This document shows, piece by piece, positions 52,952 through 64,000 of a stretch of 64,000 nucleotides of DNA (position 1 is its first letter; each line of letters starts with the position of its first letter). Source of the stretch: an uncultured Gammaproteobacteria bacterium (GTDB lineage: Bacteria; Pseudomonadota; Gammaproteobacteria; CAWCPV01). A program made the translations under genes and the position numbers. The notes under the pieces were generated by a model. It saw only the letters and a list, made by a program, of their open reading frames with translations. It was not told the DNA's origin and made no database searches. Location of the stretch: assembly GCA_963797555.1 (NCBI GenBank), contig CAWCPV010000003.1, forward strand, positions 192,001 through 256,000, written 5' to 3'.

Positions 52952-55761
52952 CTACTGCAGTGCTTCGTCCACCAGGGCCATCTGCTGCTCGACATGCATG
53001 GTGAAGTAGCCCACGGCCGGAGATGCGGAGGCTGGTCGGCCCGCATAGCGCAGCTCCTGGCCCGGTCGCAAACAGGCGCGGAGGTGGTGCTGACTCTGGT
53101 ACCAGGCGCCCTGGTTCTGCGGCTCCTCCTGACACCACACCACGTCTTTGGCACGTCCGTAGCGCCGCAGCTCTTCGGTCAGCAAGTCCCGGGGAAAGGG
53201 ATAGAGCTGCTCGATGCGCACGATGACCGCGTGTCCCAGCTCGCGCGACCGACGTTGTTCTTGCAGGTCATAGTACACTTTTCCACTGCACAGAACGACG
53301 CGCTCCACGTCTGCCGGTCGTAGGGCGTCCAGATCCCCGATGACAGACCGGAACCCGCCGTTGGACAGGTCTTCCAGGGAGGACATGGCCAGCTTGTGAC
53401 GCAGCAGACTCTTCGGGCTCATTACCACCAGCGGCTTGCGATAGGGCCTGAGCACTTGACGTTGCAGCATGTGGAAGAGCTGGGCGGGCGTGGTGGGGAC
53501 GCATACCTGGATGTTGTGCTCAGCGCACAGCTGAAGGTAACGTTCCAAGCGTGCGGACGAGTGCTCCGGCCCTTGCCCCTCGTATCCGTGGGGCAGCAGC
53601 ATCACCAGACCGCATAGCCGCGCCCACTTGAGCTCCCCAGAGCTGATGAACTGATCGATGACCACCTGCGCCCCGTTCGCGAAATCCCCGAACTGCGCCT
53701 CCCAGATGACCAAGGCGTTGGGCTCTGCGGTGCTGTAGCCGTATTCGAAGCCGAGCACCGCTTCCTCGGAGAGCGGTGAATCGATGACCGTGAAGCAGCC
53801 TTGTCTTTCATCCACGTGCTGGAGCGGCACGTAGATACTGCCGTCCTTCTGACTATGCAGCACCGCGTGACGGTGGAAGAAGGTCCCCCGCGCACTGTCT
53901 TGCCCGGAGAGCCGGACCTGGTATCCCACCTTGGCCAGTGTCGCGTAGGCCAGGGTTTCCGCGAACCCCCAGTCCACGGGCGCGGCCCCGGCCGCCATCT
54001 TGCGGCGGTCCTCCATGATACGCGCCACCCGCGGGTGCAACTGAAAGCCCTCCGGCACATGCTGCAGGCGGTCCGCCAGCGCCCTCAAGCTGTCCACGGC
54101 CACCGCCGTGTCCACGGGTTGCGTCCAGTGCGTCCCCTGGTAGGGCGTCCAGTCGACGCCGAACGGATGCGGCAGAATGGGAGACAAATGGGGGGCCACG
54201 ACACCCCCCTCGTCCAGCGCCCGCCGGTAGCGTTCGGCCATGTCCTCCATCTCAGCCCGCTTGACGAGGCCCTCTTGCGCCAGCCGATCGGCATAGATCT
54301 GGGGCGCTGTGGGGTGCTCCCGAATCTTGCGGTACATCATCGGCTGCGTGACTGCAGGCTCGTCCGCCTCACTGTGACCGTGACGCCGGTAACAGACCAC
54401 ATCCACCACCACGTCGTTCTTGAATTTCACGCGGTAATCGACGGCGATCTGGGTCGCGAACAGCACCGCCTCCGGATCGTCACCGTTCACGTGCAGAATC
54501 GGCGCCTGAACCAACTTGCCCACGTCGGTGCAGTACAACGTGGAGCGGGCGTCCAGCGGGTTGCTGGTGGTGAAACCGATCTGGTTGTTGACCACGACGT
54601 GAACCGTCCCGCCGGTGCTGAACCCGCGCGCTCCGGACAGATTGAAGGTCTCCATCACGACCCCCTGCCCGGCGAACGCCGCATCGCCGTGTATGAGCAC
54701 CCCGAGAACCTGCGCATCTCCGCCCAGGCCGCGGCGCTGTTGGCGTGCGCGCACGGAGCCCTGCACCACGGGGTCGATGATCTCCAGGTGCGATGGGTTG
54801 AACGCGAGCGCCAGGTGCACCTCCGCGCCGGACGTTCTGACGTCGGAGGAGTACCCCAGGTGATACTTCACATCTCCAGAGCCACCGTGGATGTCGACGT
54901 CATACTTGCCCTCGAACTCCAGAAACAGATCCTTCGGTGATTTTCCGAGAATGTTAGTGAGCACGTTCAGCCGACCGCGATGTGCCATCCCGATGACGAT
55001 TTCCCGGACACCAGCGGCAGCTCCCCGCTGAATCAGCGCGTCCAAGAGAGCAATCAGTGCCTCCCCCCCTCCAGCGAGAAGCGCTTCTGGCCTACGTACT
55101 TGGTGTGCAGGTAGCGTTCCAGACCCTCGGCTGCGATCAGCCTCTCCAAGAGCTGCCGGCGCAAGGCCGCAGGCAAACGACGGTGCCGCCCCTCTTCCAG
55201 GCGACGCTGCAGCCAGGCTCGTTCCTCGGCGTCGAGAATGTGCATGTACTCCGCCCCGAGCGCTCCGCAATAAACTTCCCGCAGGATAGCCACGATCTCG
55301 CGCAGCGGCAGACGGTCCGGAGCGGCCAGAGACCCGGTGTTGAACAGCCTGTCCAGGTCCGCGCCAGTCAGGTGATAGAACGCCGGATCGAGATCCGGAA
55401 TGTCAGGACGCGTTCGCAATTTGAGAGGGTCCACCTCGGCCACCTGGTGCCCGCGCATCCGGTATGCGGCGATCAGTCTTTGCACCGCGGCCTCCTTGTC
55501 GGCTGCGGCGCCTTCCAGTTCGGTGACCGCACGAGCAATGGGGCGGTGCGCCCAGGAGGGGACGCGCCGCGCCGCAGCCGGCATGGCACGGGGTGGCGTG
55601 GCTATCCCTTCCTGCAGGAGAGCGAAATAGCGGCGCCAGTCACCGTCGACGGAGTCGGGATCACGCAGATACCGGCTGTACAGATCCTCGATAAAGGCCG
55701 CATTGCCGCCGTAAAGATAAGACGTCTCCTCGAACGTTTTCGCTGAGCCGTTTCCGTTCAT
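52952..55761 (-). CDS. sucA: 2-oxoglutarate dehydrogenase E1 (frameshift in a G/C homopolymer at ~55065, probably a sequencing error)
   Basis: [25 protein letters not shown]|[48 protein letters not shown]. Confidence 0.96.
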
Positions 55762-56008
55762 GGCTGTCTTCGGTCTCAAACCCTTGCGTCGAAATCTTGG
55801 GGTTCTCTCCGCTAGATAGGGACCGCGTTGCGGCCTCGAAGTTTTGCCGCTCCGATTATAGTCGAGCGGTCTAGGCGTGCAATGAGCATGGCGCAACCGC
55901 CTTGACTATTTTACCCGCAAAGAGTTTCTATATGTTCTTGCAGCCTTTTTTCGAGAGGCCCCAACACCGGAGCCCGGAAACGGCCTCTCCGACGCGACGG
56001 AGGGAGCC

Positions 56009-56914
56009 ATGGCCCACGATGCACCTCCCGACCTCCGGGCGCCTGAGGGCTCCGTACCCTGGACCCAGCCCGCCAATGCCCCCGCCGATAGGGCCGAGAC
56101 CTCCGTCGAGCGGGTCGGCCCGCAGAACTTGTCCCTGCTCGCCGGCGGCCACGATTATTCTTATTACGACTATTGCACGAGCGACGCCATCGATCCCCTC
56201 TGGGGTCGGGATACGGACCGGCGTGCCCCATTCGAACGCCCGACATTGGTGTCGGCCGCCGGGGCCTCGGGTACCGGGACTTACTGCCAGGAACGCAAAC
56301 GTCAGTACTTGGAGACCCTGTTCCGTGGCATCTTGCTGCGGTTACTCATGGACGCGGCGAGGACCATGAGCGAAGCGTACGGACAGAGCCTGGCCCTCTG
56401 GCGCAGGACGTTGGCGGGCGAGTGGGGCACATCCGGGTCCGCAGATGCGGCCGGCGACCCATGTGCGGCCACGGCGGACCTGAAACGCATCCTGGAGCTG
56501 CTCGAGGTCCTGGGAACACAGCGTCGACACGTCCGCGAGGCGCTGGATCTTTACACTGCGCCGGGCGGCGAGCTACGCGCCGCGTCGCGGGCAACTTTCC
56601 TGCTGCAGGAGCGGGCACGTATGCAGACGGAGAGGACGGAGCTGGTGCGCGAGGTCGACAAGAACATCCATTTCGCCTTGCACGCTCTGCAGTCGGAACG
56701 CGATCTGCTGCGCTCGGCTGCGACGGGTTCCGAATCACACACCCGCTGGCACCTGTTGCCGAAGGGGACGACCGCGGATACCAGGATCGCGCCGCAGCAG
56801 CATCAGACCGAGCGGCTGACACTGGATGCCAGGATTCGAGCACTGGAGGATAGGCGGCAACGATTGCTGGAGCGCCGGGATGCGCTCAGCCAGGACCTAG
56901 GAACGGTTCACTAA
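56009..56914 (+). CDS. Hypothetical protein with coiled-coil C-terminus
   Basis: RBS GGAG before ATG; 301-aa ORF divergent from sucA; no family recognised. Confidence 0.6.
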   Translation: MAHDAPPDLRAPEGSVPWTQPANAPADRAETSVERVGPQNLSLLAGGHDYSYYDYCTSDAIDPLWGRDTDRRAPFERPTLVSAAGASGTGTYCQERKRQYLETLFRGILLRLLMDAARTMSEAYGQSLALWRRTLAGEWGTSGSADAAGDPCAATADLKRILELLEVLGTQRRHVREALDLYTAPGGELRAASRATFLLQERARMQTERTELVREVDKNIHFALHALQSERDLLRSAATGSESHTRWHLLPKGTTADTRIAPQQHQTERLTLDARIRALEDRRQRLLERRDALSQDLGTVH

Positions 56915-57016
56915 CAACTTAAGCATCTTTTCCTAATGTAAAACCTTCAAAGATTCCGATAGGAACTTGAGATTGGATGATCTTCAAGGGAGGATGTGCC
57001 TATCCCAGTACAACAC

Positions 57017-57570
57017 ACCGCCCCCGGACAAGGCGGTCGTGCTCTGCTGCGACGAGAAAGACCCAGATGCAGGCGCTGGAGCGCACCCAGCCAGGGCTGC
57101 CCCTCGGCATCGGTCACCTCAGGACGCGCACCCACGACTACATCCGTCACGGCACGCTCACCCTGTTCGCGGCGCTCAACTACTTGGAGGGCAAGCTCAC
57201 CACCGCCCTGGCGCGCAAGCACCGCCATCAGGAGTGGCTCGCGTTTCTGCGCCGCATCGACCGGGAAACCCCCCAGGACTTCGACCTCCATCTTATCCTC
57301 GACAATTACGCCACCCACAAGCATCAGGCGGTCAAGGCGTGGCTCGCGAAGCACCCGCGCATGCACCTGCACTTCACCCCCACCTCTTAGGCAGCTTTGG
57401 CTCCGTCAAGGCGCTCGCCGAGGCTATCATCGCCTTCCTCGCTGAGCGTAAGGCCCGCCCCAAGCGCTATGTTTGGAACGCCAAGGGCGAGGACATCCTG
57501 CGCAAGATCGTCGCGGCCCGAAACCGGATGGAGCAGATCTGTGCATAGCTATTTGTGAGACACTACACTA
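57017..57570 (+). mobile_element. IS630-family transposase remnant with right end
   Basis: PPDKAVVLCCDEKTQMQALERTQP...THDYIRHGT...LHLILDNYATHK...HFTPTS; internal deletion; ends GACACTACACTAG. Confidence 0.88.
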
Positions 57571-57604
57571 GAGCCGCCGCGCGCCGGGTGACCCCGGCCC
57601 GGAT

Positions 57605-59203
57605 TCAGGAGCTGCAGCCGCCGGTTTCGCTCGGTGCGCCGTTGTGTGCCCGCGCCGGCACGGCGCTCCCTTCGCCGGGAGGCTCGGCGGAAAGTCGCCA
57701 GAGATGACCGCCGCTGTGCACGGGATCCAGCCGGTAGCGACCACTCAGACCCTCCCGCAGCTCACCCCCGGGATGGAACAAGAACACGTCGCTGAACCCG
57801 GCGGGGATCTCGGGGATCTTGCCGTAGTCTGCGAGCAACAGGCGGACCTTGGGCTTCAAAAGGTAGCTCAGGGATAGGACTTCGCCCGGGTTGATCTCCC
57901 CGTTGCTGGAAACGACCAGCGGGCGCTCGCTCTGGTTAATGATGCGCGCCACCTCCGGGTTGAAATAGCTCACGCCTTTGGTCCACCAGGTGTCGGACCG
58001 CGATATGGCAAGGGACGAAAGCGCGCCGCTCAGCAGCACCGCAGCTGCGAGCCCGTGCCCTACCAGTCGCATGCCTGGCTGCGGCGCTCTGAAGGCTGCA
58101 GCCAAGGCGTACCCCACCGAGAGCTGGATCCCCACCCACACCGGCATCAGGTAGCGTGCCTCCGCCGATCGCCGCCCGCCTGCTACGAGATCAGGGACAA
58201 TCACCACGGCAGCACAGACCACGGTCAACAAGGCCAAGAACCGTCTGCTATCTCGGCTCGCCCTGCGATAGACCACGTACGCTGAGACGACCACCAAGAG
58301 TGACGCCGGCACCCACCAATAGTCGCCGGCCGGGAAGTCGAAGAACAGGCGCCCGAGGTGTTGGACCCAGGCTTCGCCCAGATCCGGCAGCCCCAGGTGG
58401 CGGCCCATCCAGGCGGTCACCTGCTGCACTTCAGCGGCCTGGGTTATCAGCAGATAGCCCCAGGGAGCGAACACGGCCGCAGCCACCAGGGTCGCCCGCG
58501 CATACGCCAAGAGGCGCACCCGGCGCCACTCGTCGGTCCGCCCCAGCAGGTACAGGCCATGCACTAGGACCAGGGGCAGGAACAATAGATGCGAGTAGAG
58601 ACCCAGGATCAACGTTACTGTGTAGACGCGCCACGCCCAAAACGTGCCCAGGCGTGAGGCCCGAAGCAAAGCCAAGCTCGACGCGGCCGTGGTCACGGCC
58701 CAGAGCGCGTACTCCCGCGCTTCCTGGGCATAGAGCAGATCGAGTGGGGAGACCGCGACGAGGGCCGCGGCCAATCCCGCACTCCAGCGATCGTCGAACA
58801 GCTCCCGGGCCAGGAAATAGATGAGAGGGATCAGCAGCAGACTCAAGATCGCCGACACAGCCCTGGCGCCGACCTGCGGCCGTTGGAATTCCCCCGCGTA
58901 GAAGTGCGCCAACAGGTAATACAAGGGCCCGTGTTCGGGACGCTGGGCGAGCAAAGCCAGCGTGTCTCGCAGTCCTTTATCGGCCTGCGGGCGCTGATAC
59001 TTCTGCAAGTCGTCCACCGTCACCAGCTCGCCCGTGAAGGTCTCTCGGATGAACTGCTCGAGCGGGTAACCGAAGATGCGCAGTGAGGTATGAGTCTCGT
59101 CGTGCCAGTAGACCTTGCGGTCCAGGTGGGAGATGCGCAGCCACACCCCAAACGCCATCAGAAGCAGGAGCACCAGGACTCGCCAGTTCAAGCGCACCTG
59201 CAT
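57605..59203 (-). CDS. GT-C fold (GT39/PMT-like) membrane glycosyltransferase
   Basis: LRISHLDRKVYWHDE, PEHGPLYYLL, AALVAVSP...YAQEAREYALW, LGLYSH; many transmembrane helices. Confidence 0.88.
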   Translation of the reverse strand: MQVRLNWRVLVLLLLMAFGVWLRISHLDRKVYWHDETHTSLRIFGYPLEQFIRETFTGELVTVDDLQKYQRPQADKGLRDTLALLAQRPEHGPLYYLLAHFYAGEFQRPQVGARAVSAILSLLLIPLIYFLARELFDDRWSAGLAAALVAVSPLDLLYAQEAREYALWAVTTAASSLALLRASRLGTFWAWRVYTVTLILGLYSHLLFLPLVLVHGLYLLGRTDEWRRVRLLAYARATLVAAAVFAPWGYLLITQAAEVQQVTAWMGRHLGLPDLGEAWVQHLGRLFFDFPAGDYWWVPASLLVVVSAYVVYRRASRDSRRFLALLTVVCAAVVIVPDLVAGGRRSAEARYLMPVWVGIQLSVGYALAAAFRAPQPGMRLVGHGLAAAVLLSGALSSLAISRSDTWWTKGVSYFNPEVARIINQSERPLVVSSNGEINPGEVLSLSYLLKPKVRLLLADYGKIPEIPAGFSDVFLFHPGGELREGLSGRYRLDPVHSGGHLWRLSAEPPGEGSAVPARAHNGAPSETGGCSS

Positions 59204-59498
59204 CCCCAAGCCGGCCGACCGCGTCGTCCCGCCGTCGTGGGAAGTCGCTGGCTTGAGGCCGGCGGACGTCGTTCGATACTCTGACCCGGACCAAGCCCCG
59301 CGGTACCGTCCAAGGCCAGCCCTCTCATCCACCGCCGCCACCTTGTCGAACCATGTCGCCCACCGCATCCACTTTCCGAGTCGCCATTCCGCATCGGTTC
59401 GCGGCGGTCGACCGGACAGTCCGGCCAAGCGTCCCCGCGCCCGCTCCGTATGGGGCGACCCAAGATGGTCGCGCCGACCCATAACCTGCGAAGGCACC

Positions 59499-59729
59499 GA
59501 GAGGTTGTAAGCAAGTCTGCTGCACATTCCGATGGCGGGGTTGCGCGCTGCTCATGGCGTACCTCCTGTACGCCACTCCTTTAGGGGCGTCCCGCGGACG
59601 TGGCGAATGGCTATCCCGCCATTCGCTCGCTCCTCGCCCGCCTGCTCGATGCTTCCCTGCTCGATGCTTCGCGTCGCAGCGCTCCGGGCGCCGTGCTCTG
59701 GGGTAGCTCGCGACTTCTTCACAAGCTTT
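59499..59729. mobile_element. MITE-like intergenic repeat (copy 2, uninterrupted)
   Basis: Shares TCTGCTGCAC...GCGTACCTCC(C)TGTACGCCA...GGGGCGTCC...GGACGTG...TTCTTCAC with 49661-50024. Confidence 0.7.
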
Positions 59730-60181
59730 GAGCCGCTCTCAAGCAGCCACGGACTCGGAAGGAGACAGCGCGGCCGGGGTACATTTAAGTCGTCGCATTC
59801 TTAGCCTTCCCCCCGCCCAACGGTTACTATACGAGCGTCACGATGCCTTGTCGATAAGCGCCCCGCGCGTGTTTGGCCCCGAGTAGTAACGTCCCCTCGG
59901 CGCGAGCCAAAAAGGGCCCCTTTAGCGGCGACCGATGGGGGTATGGGTCTTCACAAGCTCTCAGGGACCGTGGTACAAACCGTCCGCGGCGGATACGGAG
60001 CGTGCAAGATCCCGCCCGCGCGGGTTCGGGGCACGAAGAAGAACAGGCAAGCAGTGGAACCGGCCCTCACCAGGCTGAAACGCCCACGGAGCGAGCCTCC
60101 CGTCGTTCAGCTTGGTGGTGCCGGGCGGCTGTATTGCGCGGAGGAGGAGACGCCCAGCAGGACCGGTTCCTAGGATGGCGA

Positions 60182-60197
60182 AGCAATGCTCGTGCCA
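60182..60197 (-). promoter_or_regulatory. Sigma-54 (RpoN) -24/-12 promoter
   Basis: Minus strand TGGCACGAGCATTGCT is a perfect match to TGGCACG-N4-TTGCW, in non-coding DNA. Confidence 0.7.
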
Positions 60198-60504
60198 CCG
60201 TGCAGGAGAGGGCGCAACCCCGCGTCACAGCCGTTGGGACGCGCATGGTGGCCTGAAGCTATCGTTATGTGCTCGCACGGCAATGGTGCAGGGCGCCACC
60301 GCTCGGGGCATAGAAACCCCGCCAAGCGGTGAGGGCCGCCTCCGCCTCGGATCAGGAGAAGGCGCTGCGGCTGCCCAGGCGGCGACTAGCGGGGGTTCTT
60401 GGACACGTGGCCGGCTCCAAAGGTCAATGATCTCGTTTGTAGACACTCGACTCCTCCGCGGGTACCCATTGGTAAGTCACCGCTACCCCCCATTCGCCTG
60501 CAAA

Positions 60505-60790
60505 TATCTCAAGAAACAGAACTGAGGGCAGCTGAATCTCATGCAGTCTGTGCCCAGTGGGTTGATCTCGAAGCCCAATGCGGCGGCACGCCGCTTCAGG
60601 GCTGCGATGCTGCGCTGGCGCTGCTGTTTCTTCGTAGCGCTGCTGGCTTTGGTCGACGAAGGCCTCGCCGCGGGTCATCATGAAGTACACCATGCGGGTG
60701 AGCTTGCGGCCGGTGGCGGTGTTGGCCCGCGGCTTGTCCATGCGGGCGCACAGCCGCCGGCAGAACGCGCCGAGGGGCTGTGCGCCTTTT
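60505..60790 (-). mobile_element. IS110-family transposase 3' remnant
   Basis: GAFCRRLCARMDKPRANTATGRKLTRMVYFMMTRGEAFVDQSQQRYEE...KRRAAALGFEINP; followed by GTTTCTTGAGA. Confidence 0.8.
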
Positions 60791-61010
60791 ACATGCGCTG
60801 CACCCAACTCGCCTGCTCGGTCAGCGGCACCTCGCGGCTTCGCGCCAGTGCACGCACGACGCACAACTCGGCCGTGGCACCCGCAGCAGATTTGTATACA
60901 GGCTCTTACCCGGGCTCTTACCCCGGTTTGGCACCAGGGTACCTCTGGTATAATGAGCGTCGATATAAACCTCTCGATAACCCCGCTCCCACTGGTCTCC
61001 AGGAGTTCCC

Positions 61011-61388
61011 ATGAACCTCTTCAGCCAAGTATTCCTGGCGGTGTTGGCCATTCTGTTTCTTACCACCGTCTACTCTCTCGTTGCCCACATCGTGCGCAAC
61101 CTTCAGCAGGGTCTAAAGCTTCGTGGCAGCTTGGCAGCGCGGGTCGAACAGCTTCGACTCCACAGGATGATCGGAAAGCTTGGCATCGACGTGGGCACGT
61201 ATGTCCATCGCGTGCGCGTGGCGGACGTGGAGAAGCACATGGCCACCTGTCGCGACTGCACCACTCAAACCGCGTGCGACGAGCGAGCGAATCCCGACAC
61301 AGCCGCCGATTACTCTTTCTGCCCCAACCAGGAATCGCTGCGCGACGCCATCGACTTGGCGCAGCGCCGTCCCGGTGCCGTCGCCTGA
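61011..61388 (+). CDS. Membrane-anchored DUF6455-like small Cys-rich protein
   Basis: RBS AGGAG; N-terminal TM helix; CRDCTTQTACD...SFCPN. Confidence 0.75.
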   Translation: MNLFSQVFLAVLAILFLTTVYSLVAHIVRNLQQGLKLRGSLAARVEQLRLHRMIGKLGIDVGTYVHRVRVADVEKHMATCRDCTTQTACDERANPDTAADYSFCPNQESLRDAIDLAQRRPGAVA

Positions 61389-61689
61389 CTCGGTCGCGGC
61401 CCGTATCCATTGAGTTAACGCGCATCCGGGCCTTCCCTCGCGTCCACCCACCCAGGGCGGCCAACGGCGCTCCTTCGGGGGGTTGCTGACGCGAGCACGC
61501 GGAGGTCTATGGCGGGCGCGTTGCAGCTCACGCTCTAGCGTAGTCGCGACCGCTCCTCCTTGAGTTGGTCGCCTGGTCGCTGCCGGTAACTTCGTCGGAT
61601 TCGTCGCCGACACCGCCTCTCGGGACCTAATTTGTCGGGTCGTAGCGTCATTCCGGAACCATGCTTGGTTTCCCTCCGAAGGGATCGCT

Positions 61690-61975
61690 GCCCTTGATCC
61701 AGCGCGGAGCGTTGCGTTTCACGGACAAGGCTTCGTAGTCGGTAGCCGAATCACGGTAGTATTGGCCACGCGAGAGCGTGAAGAAGAGGGTCCGCACCAC
61801 CCTGGTGAGCAGTCCGGGGGGCGAGTCGCTCCAGCGGGTCACGTTAGCTTACGGGTCGAGCCGCCAAGACATTGCACGACCTCTCCCCGCCTTTTCACGG
61901 ACAGCAGATTCACTTACAAGCGTTCTGCAAGAGCACCACCATACGTTGCCAAAGCTAATGTGAACTCTCAAAGAA
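61690..61975 (-). mobile_element. Internally deleted IS110-family element: non-coding leader fused to the transposase C-terminus
   Basis: RTLFFTLSRGQYYRDSATDYEALSVKRNAPRWIK is an IS110-type C-terminal motif; it is preceded by about 180 nt of non-coding, structured-looking sequence. Confidence 0.6.
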
Positions 61976-62028
61976 AAGGGCACCACAACTCCTCAGGTCG
62001 TTTCTGGATATGGCGAGATGCCGGCACC

Positions 62029-62077
62029 GCTAGGTGCTTGCGCAGCCAAGGCTAGGTGCTTGCGCAGCCAAGGCTAG
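62029..62077 (+). repeat. 22-bp tandem repeat (two copies plus a partial)
   Basis: GCTAGGTGCTTGCGCAGCCAAG x2 + GCTAG. Confidence 0.85.
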
Positions 62078-62453
62078 CCGTGGGATGCATAGTGCGGACG
62101 ACTCAACGCCAAGCTCGCCAGAGATACCCCAATATCGGGAAGGCCGAGTTGAACGGCACCGTCGCACCTGGATCTTTCTGTCACGCTGTGCTATAAACTA
62201 CGCACTGTTGCTGTTACTAGCTACTGGTCGCTTAATCTATTCAGATTTGTTGCAATAACGCAACGCGGCGGGCAGCAGACCCGGATCTTCAACAGCGGCA
62301 CTCAACTATTACCGCGGAGGTCGCCATGAAACAGCTTGGGTTTCCGGGCTGCGGCAGGTCGAGGGCGGGGAGCCGTGCGGATAGGAAGTCGGGCTCGTGC
62401 AAGCCTCCCTACTTGTCCGCGGAGGTCATGACCTTAACCCGATTCACTGAGTC

Positions 62454-62777
62454 ATGACCCCCGGAGAGCTGGCTCAAGAAACCAAAACGTATCGCAGGCG
62501 ACGCGGCGTTAGCCCTGAAACGCGTTCGTTCGGCTTGCTGCCGGCGTTTCTGGACCGTGACACCGGCAGGGTCTTCACCTCCCGGTTTCGCAACGGCCGA
62601 CCGGCTGGCATACATGTCATCGACGGCCTACCCCCCGATCTCGTGCTGGAGCGTAGCGAAACGGGACGTGCCATGGCCATCAAAGAATCCGTGGTCGCGG
62701 GCTTCATCTGCTGCCGCGGGCAGTTCTACACGCGGGAGCAGGCCTCGCGCTTGCTCGGCAGCCATCCGCCCGGTTAG
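62454..62777 (+). CDS. Small conserved hypothetical protein
   Basis: GVSPETRSFGLLPAFLDRDTGRVFTSRFRNGRPAGIHVIDGLP...VVAGF...GQFYTREQA looks globular and conserved. Confidence 0.7.
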   Translation: MTPGELAQETKTYRRRRGVSPETRSFGLLPAFLDRDTGRVFTSRFRNGRPAGIHVIDGLPPDLVLERSETGRAMAIKESVVAGFICCRGQFYTREQASRLLGSHPPG

Positions 62778-63169
62778 GCGCAGCACAACCGGCGGGTGTC
62801 TGTCATCGGGACCACGCACCCCACCGGAGCAGTCTCCCGCCACATCGCGGCCTGCAAGGTTCGACTACCCATTCCATTAGGACCTGAGCTTCGCGAAGGG
62901 CCTGAGAGCCTGTGAACAAATGTGCGTTGCGCCCGGACAACGCACTGCGCGCTGGCAGGATAGCCATTCGGCACGCCCCCGAGCCCCGACGGGGTGGCGG
63001 AACATGCGGGTGACCGCGAGCCCGACCACGATTCTCGCGCGCCTCACCGCGCCCGTTCTTGCTGTTGCCGCTCTTCCTCGGCCCCGCGTAGGGCTTGACC
63101 CCCCGCTGGCTCGGATCCCCACACGACATCGTCGGCCCACCCCGCGGTCCTCGTCATCGACGCCTTGCA

Positions 63170-64000
63170 GGGGAGAAGAACGGGGCCGCACGTCGGCCAG
63201 CTCGTCGCCCTCGGTCACGACCGTCAGCACTCGGTTGGGCAAGAACGTCCTCCGGAGCTTGGCTAGAAACGGCTCGGCTTCCTTCCGGTCGGACGGCGTG
63301 ACGATCACGATCTCCTTAGGGGTGTCCAGGCGGAAGTCGACCGCCAGGAGCATCTCGGACAGCGCGGCCGGCATCTTCGAGAGGCGCGCGCCGAAGGCCC
63401 GCAGCGTACGCTCTGCGCGCTGGCGGTACCGGTCCTGAGTGGTGAGCTCGTGCAGGCGCAGCAGGTTGAGCGCTTGCACCGAATTCCCGGACGGCTCGGG
63501 GCCGTCATAGGCGGGCTTCTCCCGCGCCAGCAGCGCTTCGTGGTCGTGGCCGGTCATAAAATAACCGCCCCGCTCCTTGTCCTCATAGCCGTTCTCCAGG
63601 ACGGCATCGAGCGCGACGGCCTCCCTCAGCCAACGCAAATCGCCGGTCGCCTCGTGGAGGTCCAGCAGCCCCGCGATGAGGAAGGCGTAGTCATCCAGAT
63701 AGCCGTCGGGGCCGGGCATACCGCCCCTGTAGCTGCGCAGCAGTCGGCCGTCCTTCTTGAGGTGGGCGAGGATGGAATCGGCTGCTCGCTCGGCCTGCTT
63801 GGCAGAGCCGTCTTCGCCCAGCACCAGTGAGGCCCGCGCGCAGGCCGAGATCATCAGGCCGTTCCAGGCGGTCACAATCTTCTCGTCCCGCAGGGGCGCG
63901 GGCCGCTTGGCCCGGGCAGTGTACAGAAGGTCGCGCGACTCCTGTAGCACGGCGCGCGCCTGGTCCGGCGGAAGGCCCAGCGCCTCGGCCACGTCCGCCA
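63170..64000 (-). CDS. YyaL/SPATA20-like (DUF255) thioredoxin-domain protein, 3' part; 5' end outside the window, C-terminus degenerate
   Basis: RAKRPAPLRDEKIVTAWNGLMISA, GYLDDYAFLIAGLLDLHEAT, DKERGGYFMT, YDGPEPSGNSV. Confidence 0.88.

Overview
GC-rich window, most likely from a sulfur-oxidising gammaproteobacterium. This is inferred from an aprM-aprB-aprA operon and Chromatiales-like dsrE-hpt-MTI phosphorylase and yciB-yciI-bolA-PPIase gene order. The left 40 kb is accessory DNA. It holds a sulfatase island (two Cys-type CxPxR arylsulfatases plus a fragment, a FadL/TodX-type outer-membrane channel, and an operon for a small secreted protein, DUF2092 and a His/Gly-repeat protein), aprMBA, a DUF72/DUF488 pair between direct repeats, and a type I restriction-modification island (hsdM-hsdS-DUF262/GmrSD-like-DUF559-hsdR-M48 peptidase). 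The right part is mostly core genome (hpt, yciB, bolA, a DUF349 protein, sucAB-lpdA), followed by IS debris. The most striking non-coding features are: an ORF-less 697-nt group IIC intron inserted inside a GTAG-type REP hairpin; a 521-bp cassette with terminal inverted repeats (TIRs) and a target-site duplication (TSD) that carries a DUF559 nuclease inside another REP; a MITE inside a MITE; two copies of an IS200 derivative with the same deletion; and a perfect sigma-54 promoter upstream of a non-coding hairpin. Single-base frameshifts also occur in housekeeping genes (sucA, PPIase), so many frameshifts are probably sequencing or assembly indels. All family assignments come from motif recognition, not database searches.
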